The position numbers were made by a program, and so were the translations under genes. Under the pieces are notes generated by a model. That model was not told the DNA's origin and searched no databases. It saw nothing but the letters and a program-made list of their open reading frames with translations. A DNA stretch of 64,000 bases from Octopus sinensis (taxonomy: Eukaryota): NCBI RefSeq assembly GCF_006345805.1, contig NC_042998.1, forward strand, positions 152,768,001-152,832,000, given 5' to 3'. Numbering within the stretch: the stretch's first letter is position 1; every line of letters starts with the position of its first letter. This document shows positions 39,201-51,389 of the stretch, in pieces.

Positions 39201-39580
39201 CATGCCCATTGAAATCCTCAGACACAAAGATGAGATCATCATTCGTCTTTGAGGTAGCCTGCAGAAGAATATCATAAATGTGGTTATTTTGTTCATTTGG
39301 TAGGCCTGCTTGTGGGGTATAGGCAGAGATAATTGTCACTATACTATTCTGCAAAACCAGCCTGAGCTTAAGTGCTCTACTGCACACTCTGATTACCTCT
39401 ATGACCTTATCCACCCATTTCTCTGCAAGAAGTATGCCCACACTACCTACCTTGTCATTGTTACCTTCCCCATATTTTATACCTATGTGTCTTGCCATGA
39501 AGAACCTGGCTGAAGCTTCTCTCCACCTTACTTCTTAAATGCATACATCAACATGCCCCCCATTCAAGCATCTCAACAAT
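36295..39580 (-). mobile_element. Older, diverged RTE LINE covering nearly the whole ORF
   Basis: APE motifs (VGILLAEKWVDKVIEV, TIISAYTPQAG, EDFNGHV), RT motifs (FVDLEKAFDWV), MLHGNETW and the 3' tail at 36295-36460. Confidence 0.9.
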
Positions 39581-39592
39581 ATATATATATAT

Positions 39593-40108
39593 ACTAGCAG
39601 TATCGCCTGGCGTTGCTCGGGTTTGTAAAGGAAATAACTATATAAGCATTTTTAGAGAGTTACTTCCCTTATAGATGCCAATTCGGGCTTTCTTAGCCAT
39701 TTCTGTTTTGGTGTCTTCAAGCCATGAAGTCGTTGTTCTAAAAGAACGGTGGTCTCCTTGACAACGCTTTACGACGTTGATTTCCTTACACTCCCTTCCC
39801 CACAGCTTCACGAGGGAGGGAAGAAGGGGGAAAAGCAACACAGGTGCAGGTGTGACCATGGACGCCAACTCCGCCGCCATTGACACACGAAAAATTATGC
39901 ATTAAAATGGAATAAAAAATGATGTTAAATTATTTTTTAAATTGTAGACTCATCGTAGACGCGCGCTAATAGCCAGACGGGCTCGATATGAATCACGACT
40001 ATAAGATACCCGAATTTGGTTAAACTACACCGCAAAATGTGGGAGTAGTTAGGAATCTAAATCGAAGGGGACAGACACTCACACAACTACAGTTTTATAT
40101 ATATAGAT
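39593..40108 (+). mobile_element. Non-autonomous Helitron/Helentron-like element, second copy
   Basis: Same termini as 33385-34021, with different internal deletions. Confidence 0.55.
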
Positions 40109-40114
40109 ATATAT

Positions 40115-40330
40115 TTACTTGTTTCAGTCATTGGACTGTAGCCATGCTGGGACACCATTTTGAAAAGCTCAGTCAAAAAAAATTGCCCCAGTACTTTTCT
40201 TTTAAATCTGGTAATTATTCAATTGTTCACTTATGCCACATTGCTAAGTTACAAGATGTGAACAAACTAACACCAGTTGTCAAGAGTTAGGATGGGGAAG
40301 GGACACAAATATTAAGGCAGACATATGTAC

Positions 40331-40414
<84 letters not shown>

Positions 40415-40460
40415 TACAATGGGCTTCCACAGTTTCTGTCTACCAAATTCACACATAAGG
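40115..40460 (-). mobile_element. SINE, 5'-truncated
   Basis: TTTACTTGTTTCAGTCATTGGACTGTAGCCATGCTGGGACACC...ACAATGGGCTTCCACAGTTTCTGTCTACCAAATT. Confidence 0.75.
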
Positions 40461-40870
40461 AATTGCAATTCAGTTTATCATGCTTAACAGTTGAATCTAT
40501 ATAATTATCATTATTATTGTTATTATCCCTATTTGATATCTCTTGTTTTGTTATAGTTTACTCATTTTATTTATTCAGCAGTAATTACCATATATACTCA
40601 TGTAAAAGTCAAATTTTTTAGACCATTTTTTAAGTCAAATTTATGGGGTCAACTATTATATGTATACTATTTTTGAGGGGCTGAAATTCAAGTTAGATTC
40701 CAAAGTATCATATTAGCAGCAGAAGTTGAACTGATCTCTAAGTGAATACAGTAATATTACCAATTCTATGCATCCTAGTAAATAACAAAACCCATTAACA
40801 AGACCATGTAGCTCTTATGCACAGTTACCAGTTAATGTCCATAATATGGTGTAGAGTTTTTAATCTGGAG

Positions 40871-40988
40871 CAGGGATTCCCAAAGCATGTTCTGCAAAAC
40901 CTCAGGGTTCCTTGAAAGTTATTAGGGGTTCCATGTTTTTAAAAATAATGTCAAAGGATTCCACAACAAAAAGTTTGGGAACCACTGA
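40871..40988. mobile_element. Small hAT-type MITE (about 120 bp)
   Basis: Inverted ends CAGGGATTCCCAAA and TTTGGGAACCACTG. Internal AGGGTTCC motifs as in 24207. No clear TSD. Confidence 0.5.
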
Positions 40989-41399
40989 TTTATTGATTAT
41001 CTAAATGTTTTTATGCTTACCGGAGTGATGCCTCTGTACAAATTCATACAGTGGTATTTGCTGTTGTTCACCAATAGTACTGTCTGTGAAACATGTTGTT
41101 TCTCACCATGTAAACAGACAAGCATATGATGCATGCGTTTATTGTATTTGGAGATGAGGAAAATACAAAGGTTGCATGGGAACCGGTGATCCAGCGATTA
41201 ATTGAATGTTTACCAAAGTCATGCCTTTGTACAAATTCAGACAGTGGTGTTTGCTAATAGTGCTGTCTGTGAAACATGTTTCTCATCATGTAAATGAATG
41301 TATGACATGTGTTTATAGTGCTTCAAGATGTAGGCAGGCTTGCAATGTATCCTGTACATACATTTTAGTAATAATGTAGCACCCATCAACAGATGTGTA

Positions 41400-41580
41400 G
41401 TACTCGCTATTAAATGGATTTTGGAAGAGGGGTCTTGTAAGCCTACCAGATAGATGGAAGAGCATTGTAGAAAATGAAGGAGTGTATAATTTAGATTAAA
41501 AAAGAAGTCTGTTTATCTTAATTTTGAAAAATAAAAGAAGTATAAAAAAACAGCATTATTTATGGGATGACACAATACAT
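41400..41580 (+). mobile_element. Mariner 3' end fragment
   Basis: FWKRGLVSLPDRWKSIVENEG, followed by a TIR-like CATTATTTATGGGATGACACAATA. Confidence 0.65.
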
Positions 41581-41599
41581 AAACAGTCTTGCTGCTTTA

Positions 41600-41960
41600 C
41601 AGTCATCTATAAAAAGCTTATAGCTAGCATTAGAATATCTAATCTCTCTTCCTCTAAAGAAATTTTTGTTAAGGCAGCCCCCTACATTAAAAAGACATTA
41701 ACTGACTGTGGTTTTAAAAATAAGATAACTTTTACTACAACCCTAACTAAAACAAGATAAAAAAAATAGACCTAAGAATGTTGCACGGTTCACATCCCTT
41801 TCCTCGTTGAATGTTAGGATTAATGTAGGTAAAACCTAGACTTGTTGAAAAAGCATTCCCCCAATAGCAACAGATATAAGAAAATCTTTAATAAACATTC
41901 CATGAAAGTTTCTTACAGCTACTGCCCAAACACAAAGTGTCGTTTCACTTAAACCACACA
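41600..41960 (+). mobile_element. Penelope-like element thumb/linker fragment
   Basis: RISNLSSSKEIFVKAAPY..TLTDCGF...RPKNVARF...NVRINVGK...KHFP matches the PLE pattern R-x-N-I-I-W-F-N-P-P...N-V-x-T-N-I-G-K...K-H-F-P. Confidence 0.7.
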
Positions 41961-42053
41961 AAATTCTCCCTACATTAAACATATTCTGGCTTTTTCACTT
42001 TCAATTACCTCCCACTAAACACTGTCATTTTACATGTAAACACTATATTAAAA

Positions 42054-42555
42054 ACTAGCAGTATAGCCCGGCTTTGCTTGGGATTAAGTTAAGATTATTA
42101 AACTAATCAAGCTCTTTATTTCAAAGCAAAGTAAGTAACATTGACGTCAAATTTGAGTGACATCCGTTGAAATTGGTAAACTTTTGGCTGAAATTTTGCA
42201 GACAATTTGATTGGGAAATCCCATAAGGAATCGGCTTATTGATTTTTTCCACTCATCGATTGCTTTTTTTTTTTTTTTTTCGTTTTTGGAGAATTTAAAA
42301 CATTCAAAGATCCCATGAGCCCTAAGTAATGCTGGCATCAAGTTTGAACAAAATACATCAAAATTGGTAGACATTATGGTTGAAAATGGGGTGTAACCAA
42401 TTTTAGTGGGAAGTCCTATAAGGAATCGGTTTATCGATTTTTTTTTACCCTGATTAAATGGAAAACCCCATAAAGAAATAGTTTATTGATTTTTCACCCC
42501 AAATAGGACTTAACTGAACATTGCTGATTCAGAAACATCTATATTTATACTTTAA
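42054..42555 (+). mobile_element. Helitron-like non-autonomous element, different subfamily
   Basis: 5' ACTAGCAGTATAGCCCGGCTTTGCTTGGG resembles 33385. The interior is unrelated. Confidence 0.4.
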
Positions 42556-43040
42556 AGTTGGTTTTCATACCCAACCCAGTTCTACAGAATCAGTGTCGCG
42601 GTGGGAGTGCATGGGTTGGGAGTTTGACCGGCAGAGGTGATCAGGTTGCATATGCCAACTCTTTTGAAAACACTACCCCCATTATGTAACCCCACTTTGC
42701 CTATGGTTGAGAACCCTTCCAGCAAGGAAAATAAAACGCCTAAAAGATGGTATGTATGATGTTTGTGAGCCCCCTCAGATTGCTGTGACTGAGCTTTGCA
42801 ACAGTGTGATCATTGCTAAAGCAATCAAGAGCCAGGTCTATAACCCAAATAAATATAAGCAGCTTTACTGTGTTACTATGTGAGCCCTGACATGTCCAAC
42901 TGGAAAAGCAAGGAAATTTGAAATAGAGACCCATGTATATTTTAACACTATTGATTTATTTTAAGTGTAAATACAAATTGTTTATCAAAATTTCATTTGT
43001 ATTCAGTGTATGGTTTCATATTAAAAAAAATTTAAGTTAC

Positions 43041-43122
43041 CAGCTATTTCCACGACAGGATCATTTGAAGCTGTACATCGGATATTCTCTAGGATTGCAC
43101 TTAACAAGGTTTCCAAATGTAT
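43041..43122 (-). CDS. Host-gene exon A (82 nt, phase 0 to 1), ASK-family MAP3K-like C-terminal region: IHLETLLSAILENIRCTASNDPVVEIA
   Basis: Minus strand: acceptor TTTTTTGCTTGTTTTTGGTAG, donor G|GTAACT, no stops. Phase matches exon B. Resembles the ASK1 segment EHITTLIASLREFVRS (recalled, not aligned). Confidence 0.8.
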
Positions 43123-43448
43123 CTACCAAAAACAAGCAAAAAATGTCATTTATATTGCATAGCATTAAAGTAAACATGCAAGAGAAAGTTGGAAGGGTGA
43201 AAGCAGTACAGAAATTAAGGAGAAAAATATAAATATATAGCAAAATTTGTGACATCACTGAACCATTACATGTCTCATTCTCTCCTCTCTCCCTTTATTT
43301 GGGGTATTTCTGAAGTGTGTCTTAATATATAAAATATCAGCACAATTATTTGAAAATCTTAGTTTGCAACATGAACACAGTACAATATTAAGATGTGTGT
43401 GTGTGTGTGTGTGTATGCTCACACGTGCGCATGTGTATATTATTTTTT

Positions 43449-44165
43449 ACTAGGATCAGTAAAAAGTTCATAGGCTGATCAAGGTATTCTCACGGAATGT
43501 GACTGGATTTGGTTTATTTTTCAATATAGTCCCCTTTGTGGTCTACACATTTTTTCCATTGGTGTTGCAGTGCTTGGATACCATTAATGAAGAAACTTTC
43601 ATCCTGTTTAGGGTTAACAACAGATATATCATCATCATCACTGCGACAATGGTTCTCAGCCAAATGTTTTTCATATAAGGGAACAGATAATAATCAGATG
43701 GGGCCAAATCAGGCAAACAGGGAAGGTGATCAACCAGTTAGTTCAAAGCCACAGTTAAGAATTGCAGCCTTTGAAATCAAGGATTTCTGTGCTAGAGTAT
43801 TGCCTTGATGAAACAAGACCCATTCATCAATTTTCTTGAACATTTGGTTTTGATAGACTTATATAACTGCCTCAGTAAGTTGGCATAGTCCTCTCTGTTG
43901 ATGATGTGGATCTTTTGAAGATAGTCAATAAACAATGCCTTTTATTAAGATAAAATGAAACCATCACCTTCCCTGCAGATGAAATGATCTTGGTTTCTTT
44001 GGAGCAGATGAGGAGGGATGTTTCCTCTGCATGAACTGTCTCTTTGTCTCTGGCTCAATGTGATGAACCCAAACACTCATCATGGGTTAGGAAATGTTCA
44101 AGGAAACCAACTGGATCTGCCTGAAACAGTGTCAGAATTCCTTGTGGTGTGATCAGCCTGATGAA
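43449..44165 (-). mobile_element. Mariner fragment (family of 18863)
   Basis: End AAAAAGTTCATAGGCTGATCAAG and an interior collinear with 18880-19300. Confidence 0.7.
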
Positions 44166-44187
44166 AACAAAAACTGAGAAAGGCACA

Positions 44188-44580
44188 GGAGTGGCTGTGT
44201 GGTAAGTAGCTTGCTTACCAACTACATGGCTCTGGGTTCATTCCCACTGCGTGGCACCTTGGGCAAGTGTCTTCTACTATAGCCTCGGCCTGACCAAAGC
44301 CTTGTGAGTGGATTTGGTAGATGGAAACTGAAAGAAGCCCATCGTATATATATATATATATGTATGTGTGTGTATATGTTTGCGTGTATTTGCTTGTCCC
44401 CCAACATCGCTTCCGATGGTGGTGAGTTTACATCCCCCGTAACTTAGTAGTTCGGCAAAAGAAATCAATAGAATAAGTACTAGGCGTCCAAAGAATAAGT
44501 CCTGGGGTCAATTTGCTCAACTAAAGGCGATGCTCCAGTATGGCTGCAGTCAAATGACTGAAACAAGTAAAAGAGAGAAA
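44188..44580 (+). mobile_element. Full-length tRNA-headed composite SINE
   Basis: A box TGGCTGTGTGGTAAG, B box GGTTCATTCCC, core GCACCTTGGGCAAGTGTCTTCTACTATAGC, internal (TA/TG)n, and a LINE-like 3' hairpin CAGTC-AAAT-GACTG-AAAC. Confidence 0.88.
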
Positions 44581-44589
44581 GGAAGTAAA

Positions 44590-44990
44590 GGGTACATCAG
44601 TAGGACAAGGAAGCTAATGAAGTCAAAGCTAAATAGTCCAAATCTAGTGAAGTTTGTAAATACCCATGCAGTATCATTACTTAGATACTCAGCAGCTTTT
44701 GTAGATTGAACAAAACCTAAATTAGCAAATCTAGACAGAAGAACTGAGGATTTCAATATGAATAGAAGACTTCATCAAAGAGCAGGAGTAGAAAAATTAT
44801 ACTTAAAAAAGAATGTGGTAGTGGAAGACTGTGTGGAGTTAGCTAGAATAGATATAGCCTTCTATGCAGGTAATAGTGAAGAAGGTTTATTAAGAGCTGC
44901 TAGAGTAACAGTAGGACATGAAGAAACTAAAAAGCCAAATGAAATTAAAACCCTGAAAAAAGAAGATTATTTGACTGGCCTTGCATATAC
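44590..44990 (+). mobile_element. R4/Dong-like fragment (post-RT region)
   Basis: YISRTRKLMKSKLNSPNLVKFVNTHAVSLLRYSAAFVD...LDRRT...LHQRAGVEKLYL...VEDC. Confidence 0.7.
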
Positions 44991-45174
44991 ACACACATTA
45001 TGTAGATGATATTTTCAATAAAGACAGTACAACCATATCTGATTCTTCAAATGCTTCAATTCTGTGCATGTATATTTATTTACTAGATAGTTGACATTTA
45101 GCATTGTGTTGATGTACCATTTTCTATCATTAACAAAACTGCCTGCATTTTTGACGACATAAGTATGCTAGTAT

Positions 45175-47130
45175 ATATGATGATTGCCACCTCAATTTCA
45201 AATAGAGCTGTTGCATGACTTCTTTATGCCCTAGAATATCACCGACGAGCTGCATGAATATGGCTTTTGAAGCCTACCCAAGACTTGCATGCTTTTTGAC
45301 AATTAGAGCAAGAAAACTTGGGGATTGTATAGTTTACAGCTCCATGAACTTTACTATGCTTTTTCAAGCCATTTTTTGATCTGCATACTTTATGACAGAG
45401 TATGCATTTGAAATCATCTGCCCATCAATAATCAATGTGAAGTTGTGCAATGTGTGATTTCATATGGTTCTTTAACCCAGCCTTACTAAGACAAATCTTT
45501 CTACACTCATCACATGTAAGATCATCACATTCATTAATGCTTGTTAGAATATCATTCCTGTCACTTTTTCTCATCTTTCTTTTGATCTTTGCATGCCCCA
45601 TTCTCTTTCCTTTCAAATTCATTTTTGCTTTCCTATACAACTTTTTTCCATTTTTCTCGGCAATGCACTAAATCTTCCCAGTTGTTAATTGGAACATTTA
45701 TCTTATTCAGATAATCTTTGTACCTCATCTTTGGTTTGTGGGACCTGTTACCAATTCTCTGTAAAAAAGTTGTTTAAGCATTCTGTTATTCTGACTAAGT
45801 GTCCACTCTATCTCAAACTGTACTGCAATAGCAAAGCTTCAATACTGAAGCATTTCTCTATTTCAAGCACCTCATCGTCACTCAAAAACATTTTCCAGAT
45901 GATCTTCAAAATTCTTCTTCCTTACCTAAATTGTATAGTTGTCTTCTGAAGTCCATCCACTCATCTGTTCAATCCAAATTTTTTATTTTCTGCTGAAATT
46001 CTACTCTAAGTGTTTTATCCTTAAGGAGATTCACATTCAGACATTTAGGGATGCCAGTGCCACTTTGTCTACTTTTTGGCTTCACTGCAAATTTGATCTT
46101 CCCATGAACCAAGCGATGATCTGTCCAACATTCTGCTCCTCGCATGATCCGCACTATACAGAAATTGCTTTTATCTCACTTTCTAGTTATCATAGTTATC
46201 ACCCAATATGATAATCTCATCCTTGTGTGGAATTTTGCGGATATTTTCTTTCAGTACATCATAAAAGGAGAGCTCTTCATTTTCACTTACATTCATAGTT
46301 GGTGCATAAACACTAACAAGTGTTACATACCGACCTTCTTTTAAAGGCAACCTCAGCAATATCATCCTACCATTTACACTGTATGGCAATTCCTCTAATT
46401 TAGCAACCAAGGAGGTTTGCAGAGCAAAAGCAACACCACTTGCTTTTTGCAATTTCCTTTTTCTTCTTTCCCACTCCAATAAAATGTGTAACCACTGGAT
46501 TTCTCAGAAAAGTTACCTTGACCAAGAAATCTAGTCTCTGATAATACTACAATGGCCATTGCATACTGTTGCATCTCCTTACCAATAAAAGCAGACCTTC
46601 TCTCTGGGTGTCTTTTACTTGATTCTGAATCTAATAATGTTCTTACATTCCAGCATCCAATATTCAGGGAAACTTTTCTGTTGCTGTTGCTGCACGCAGT
46701 GGTAGGATGACGACCAAGCCCAGGCTGCGATACCCTGGGGCACCTGCCGGGCCACACCTGTTCACCTCTGGATCCCAAGCCCTTTTTACCATTTAAATTT
46801 TCATAGTTTATGGATCTCATAATTGTATTTAAGCCTTTTTTCAGGCTACGACCAGCCCCATTCATTGAGCTCATGTAACTTCCGCAAAATTTGCTCAGGC
46901 AATACTCATGCCAGAAACTTTTTAAAGTGGGGAGAGAGCTTAAACTCACTCAATTCCACTCTCTAAGTACCAACAGCTTAACCCTTAAAGAGGAATAGAT
47001 CCTCATCAATGGATGCTCTTTTAGACAGCAGGTTTAATTTCGGAGTATCCTTCTCCAAAAAAGCTTGTCATCCAAGACTAAAGAGCGACTATCTGCCCAT
47101 CGAAGGGGTTCTACATGCACTCACACTGAC
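45175..47130 (-). mobile_element. BovB-like RTE derivative lacking RT: 5' UTR + APE + C-terminus with three C2H2 fingers
   Basis: RTE 5' UTR-like GGAGAAGGATACTCCGAAATTAAACC, IGCWNVRTL, LSETRF, VSVYAPT, IILGD, TDHRLV. This joins within about 200 nt to KQLF..EL...RYKD and WEDL...REKW, then three CxxC...H fingers ending at 45239. Confidence 0.85.
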
Positions 47131-47255
47131 ACACACACACATACACACATTAACAGCCACAAAGTTAGTAATAATGAATAGATCATACACACTGCGCAAT
47201 AAAAAAATATAAATACATAATACAAATAAAAATATATATATATATATATATAAGT

Positions 47256-50200
47256 ATCGTCATCATCATCATTTAGCATCCGCTTTCCATGCAAGCATGG
47301 GTTGGACGGTTCAACTGGGGTCTGTGAAGCCAGAAGGCTGCATCAGGCCCATTCTGATCTGGCAGTGTTTCTACGGCTGGATGCCCTTCCTAATGCCAAC
47401 CACTCCGTGAGCGTAGTGGGTGCTTTTTACGTGCCACCCGCACAGGTGCCAGACGGAGCTGGCAAACGGCCACGGACCGATGGTGCTTTTTACGTGCCAC
47501 CGGCACAGGGGCCAGGCGAGACTCGCAATGGCCACGAGCAGATGGTGCTTTTACGTGCCACCGGCACGGGGGGCAGGCGAGGCTGGCAACAGCCACGAAC
47601 GGATGGTGCTACATGCCACCGGCACGGGGGCCAGGCGAGGCTGGCAACGGCCACGAACAGATGGTGCTTTTATGTGCCACCGGCACGGAGGTCAGTCGGG
47701 GCGGCGCTGGCAACGGCCACGATCGGATGGTTCGCTTACTTGTCACTGGCACTGGTATCACAGCTGCAATTTCCATTGATATTGATCGACTTCGATTTTG
47801 GTTCTGCTTTCTTATATCTGATTTGATTTGGTTTGATTTTGATTTTGATTTTGATTTTCACTTGCCTCAACGAGTCTTCACAAGTGGAGTTTTGTGTCCC
47901 AAGAAGAAAAGGTATGTAGGCCACAGGTTATGTTCTCACTAGTCTTGCCGAGTCTTCTCACGCACAGCATACTTCCATAGGTCTCGGTCTCTAGTCATTT
48001 CCTTGGTGAGACCTAAAGTTCGAAGGTTCCCTCAACTGCTAGGGTGTGAGACTTTTGCACACAACTATCTTCAGCCATTCTCGTCACATGACCATACCAG
48101 CGCAAACGTCTCTCTTGCACACCACAACTGATGCTTCTTAGGTCCAACATTTCTCTCAAGGTACTTACACTCTGTCGATTATGAACACTGACATTACACA
48201 TCCATCGGAGCATACTGGCTTCATTTCTTGCGAGCTTACGCATATCCTCAGCAGTCACAGTCCATGTTTCACTAGCATGTAGCATGCCTGTACGTACACA
48301 TGCATTATACAGTCTGCCTTTTACTCTGAGCGAGAGGCCTTTTGTCACCAGCAGGGGTAAGAGCTCTCTAAACTTTGCCCAGGCTATTCTTACTCTAGCA
48401 GTTACACTTTCAGCACACACACACACCCGCTACTGACTTGGTCACCTAGGTAGCGGAAGCTATCAACTACTTCTAGTTTTTCTCCCCGGAACGTGGTAGA
48501 AGTTGGTCTCTGCACATTTTCAGTGTTTATTGCTCCTGAGCATCTGCCACAGATAAAATCTATTTTCCTAGTTAGCCTTCCTTTGACATTGCTACACCTC
48601 TTAAGTGTCCATAGCTTACACTTGGCGCACCTTATAGAGTTTCTACCTACACACCTTTTTTATAGATCGAGCAGGGCCATCTACCTGAAGGCGTTTGTGA
48701 TTTGTCTACCTTCCTACTTATTAGGACTTTGGTTTTGGCTAGGTTGATTCTAAGGGCTTCGATTCTAATCCTTGCTTCCACACCTGAAACTTCTCCTCCA
48801 GTTCTGATAGTGACTCAGCAACTAGAGCAAGGTCTTCAGCATAGAGGAGCTCCCAGGGGCATCCTGTCTTGAATTCCTCCGTTATTGCCTGGAGGACTAT
48901 GATAAATAGGAGGGGACTGAGGACTGAACCTTGGTGGACCCCAACCTCTACCCGGAATTCTTCACTGTACTCGTTGCCAACCCTCACCTTACTAGCAGTG
49001 TCTCTGTACATGGCTCGCACAGCTCTCACTAACCATTCATCTATCCCTAGTTTCCTCATTGACCACCAGATAAGGGATCGGGGGACCCTGTCAAAGGCTT
49101 TCTCCATATCAACAAAAGCTAGGTACAGGGGCTTATCTTTGGCTAGGTATTTGTCCTGCAGCTGTCTTACCAGGAATATAGCATCAGTAGTACTTTTCCC
49201 TGGCACGAACCCAAACTGCATCTCATCTAAGCTAACTCTCTCTCTAATTAGTTGGGCTATAACCCTCTCCATAACCTTCATTACCTGATCCAGCAGCTTG
49301 ATACCCCTCTAGTTATTTGTATCTAGAGCGTCACCTTTACCTTTGTAGCAGTTGACTATTATGCTGCTACACCAGTCATTGGGTATGACTCCTTCGTGTA
49401 TCACCTGGTTAACTATACGGGTGACTAGGCTATAGCCGACACTACCAGATATTTTGAGCATCTCTGCAGTAATTCCTGATGGGTCTGGGGTTTTCCCTGT
49501 TTTCATGCTTGTAATTGCCTTAACTACCAAGGAAATGTCAACTCGGATTGCTGGTCCCTCTGTTGGGTCGACATTTGGCAGACTCTCTTTATCCCATTCA
49601 TTTTCCTCATTCAGCAACCTTTCATAGTAGCGTCTCCAAACCTCTCTCTTTGCATCCTCATTTAGCGCAAGTGAACCGTCATCCTTGCGAACACATTTCT
49701 CTCCTACCACATCACGATTCTCTCTCACACACTGTCTTGCAACACAAAATACCTCAAGTCTTTCATCCTCACGGCGCAGAACATTGGCAAATGTTTTCTT
49801 ATCTGCTTCCCCTCTGGCTAAATACACCTGCCTCCTAGCTTCCCTTCTGGCAGTCTGATACACTTCCCTGCTACCACCGTTCTTCCAGTCCTTCCAAGCC
49901 TGTTTCTTTTGTCTAATAGCCCTGTCAACAATATTGTTCCACCACTACGTTATTTTGGGTCTTGAGGGGACTTTGCACCAGCCACAGATCTGGTCAGTGG
50001 CTTTCAGCAGGTTGTCCCTTAGAAGCGTCCAGTTATCTTCTACCCCATGTGTAGCTATACCCCCTTCTATTTCGTCAGAGGCTTCAAGTAACATGTCTCT
50101 AAATCTCTGTCCATTTGCAGGGTCTTTAAGCTTCCAGACCCTTCTTCTCCATGTTGATCGTCTTCTAGTCGTCCTCTTAGTCCTGATCCTGAAGTCACTA

Positions 50201-50335
50201 ACTACCAGTCTATGTTGTGGGGTACATTCTTCGCCTGGGAAGGTTTTGGCATTTATAAGCAGCCATCTTTCCCTTTTTCTGGCAAGGATGTAGTCGATTT
50301 GACTAGTTGTCGATTTGGCTAGTAGTCGATTTGGC
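47256..50335 (-). mobile_element. RTE LINE copy, 5'-truncated in APE, with a 5-unit 3' array
   Basis: ORFs 49309..49863, 48739..49281 and 48013..48426 are RTE RT pieces. The tail is at 47256-47420. Confidence 0.95.
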
Positions 50336-50795
50336 TAGTAATATACGTAGGTATATACATGGAAATTTCTATATGCTGATTACCTAGCTCTTATAGCTGA
50401 CTCAGTCATATATCTAGAAAAGAAATATTAGAAGTATATATATAAATTAAATAATAAGGGTAGAAATTGATATTAACCAGTGGCTTAGCATATTTACAAA
50501 AATCCGAAGATTAAAAATTGTGTTACATACAAAATTAAGAGGAAAGACCATTAAAGTGGACACCTAATATGCTAAGCATAGACGCCAAATTGCCATTACC
50601 ATGAAGAATGAGTTCTCAAGAAAAAATCTCAGCAAAATGCCAAAATGTAAAAATGAGCAAGACAAATGAAAATCGCACCAAAGTGAAGACATTTGAAAAA
50701 TACACCCAAATATAATTCGTAGAACTTTATATATGCTCGATTTCAGTTGGGCATTCTGTATCTAGTTCTGGAAATTGTGTTTCGTAAGCAACAGA

Positions 50796-50855
50796 CTACG
50801 CTGATGATCTTGCAGATATCTGTGTGTTTGCATTAGTGAAACCAATGGTACGTAG
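50796..50855 (+). ncRNA. Type I hammerhead with canonical CUGAUGA; predicted cleavage after GUA at 50850
   Basis: CTACG CTGATGA T...AGT GAAAC CAATG GTA CGTAG. Helix II is shortened by a deletion and its base pair 10.1-11.1 is U-U. Confidence 0.62.
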
Positions 50856-51315
50856 GTAATCGTTTTTTATTTCGTATATTTTCATTTGTCTTGCTCATTT
50901 TTGCATTTTGGCGTTTTACCAAGATTTTTTCTTGAGAACACATTTTTTGTGGTAATGGAGATTTGACGTCTATGTTTAGCATATTAGGTGTCCACTTTAG
51001 TGGTCATTCCTCCTAATTTTGTATGTAATACAATTTTTAATCTTTGGATTTTTTTAAATATGCTAAGCCACTGGTTTTAGTTGACTAATATCAATTTCTA
51101 CCCTTATTATTTAATTTTAAATTTAAAAAATGTTCTCTAACCGGAAAATTGGCTGCTGAAATTTATTAACTGCAGAGTAATTTCCAGCCTCAGCACGCCA
51201 AAGTGAAGACATTTGAAAAATACACCCAAATATAATTTGTAGAACTTTATACATGCTTGATTTCAGTTGAGCATTCTGTATCTAGTTCTGGAAATTGTGT
51301 TTCGTAAGCGACAGA

Positions 51316-51389
51316 CTACGCTGACCATCTTGCAGATATCTGCATATTTGCATACGTAGATATTAACAAGTGAAACCAATGGTACGTAG
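51316..51389 (+). ncRNA. Type I hammerhead-like motif with a variant core (CUGACCA)
   Basis: Same fold with the full helix II hairpin ATATCTGCAT...ACGTAGATAT. The GUA site is at 51382-51384. Confidence 0.55.

Noticed and set aside
41025-41335. Two ~190-bp direct repeats containing GAAACATG
   Set aside because: No CUGANGA upstream, so not a hammerhead. Origin unclear and no further support.
44188-44260. tRNA-like sequence
   Set aside because: It has A and B boxes only, as a SINE head, with no complete cloverleaf or anticodon arm.
46900-47130. HDV-like ribozyme expected at an RTE 5' end
   Set aside because: Could not build a nested double pseudoknot by eye; the sequence is too degenerate.
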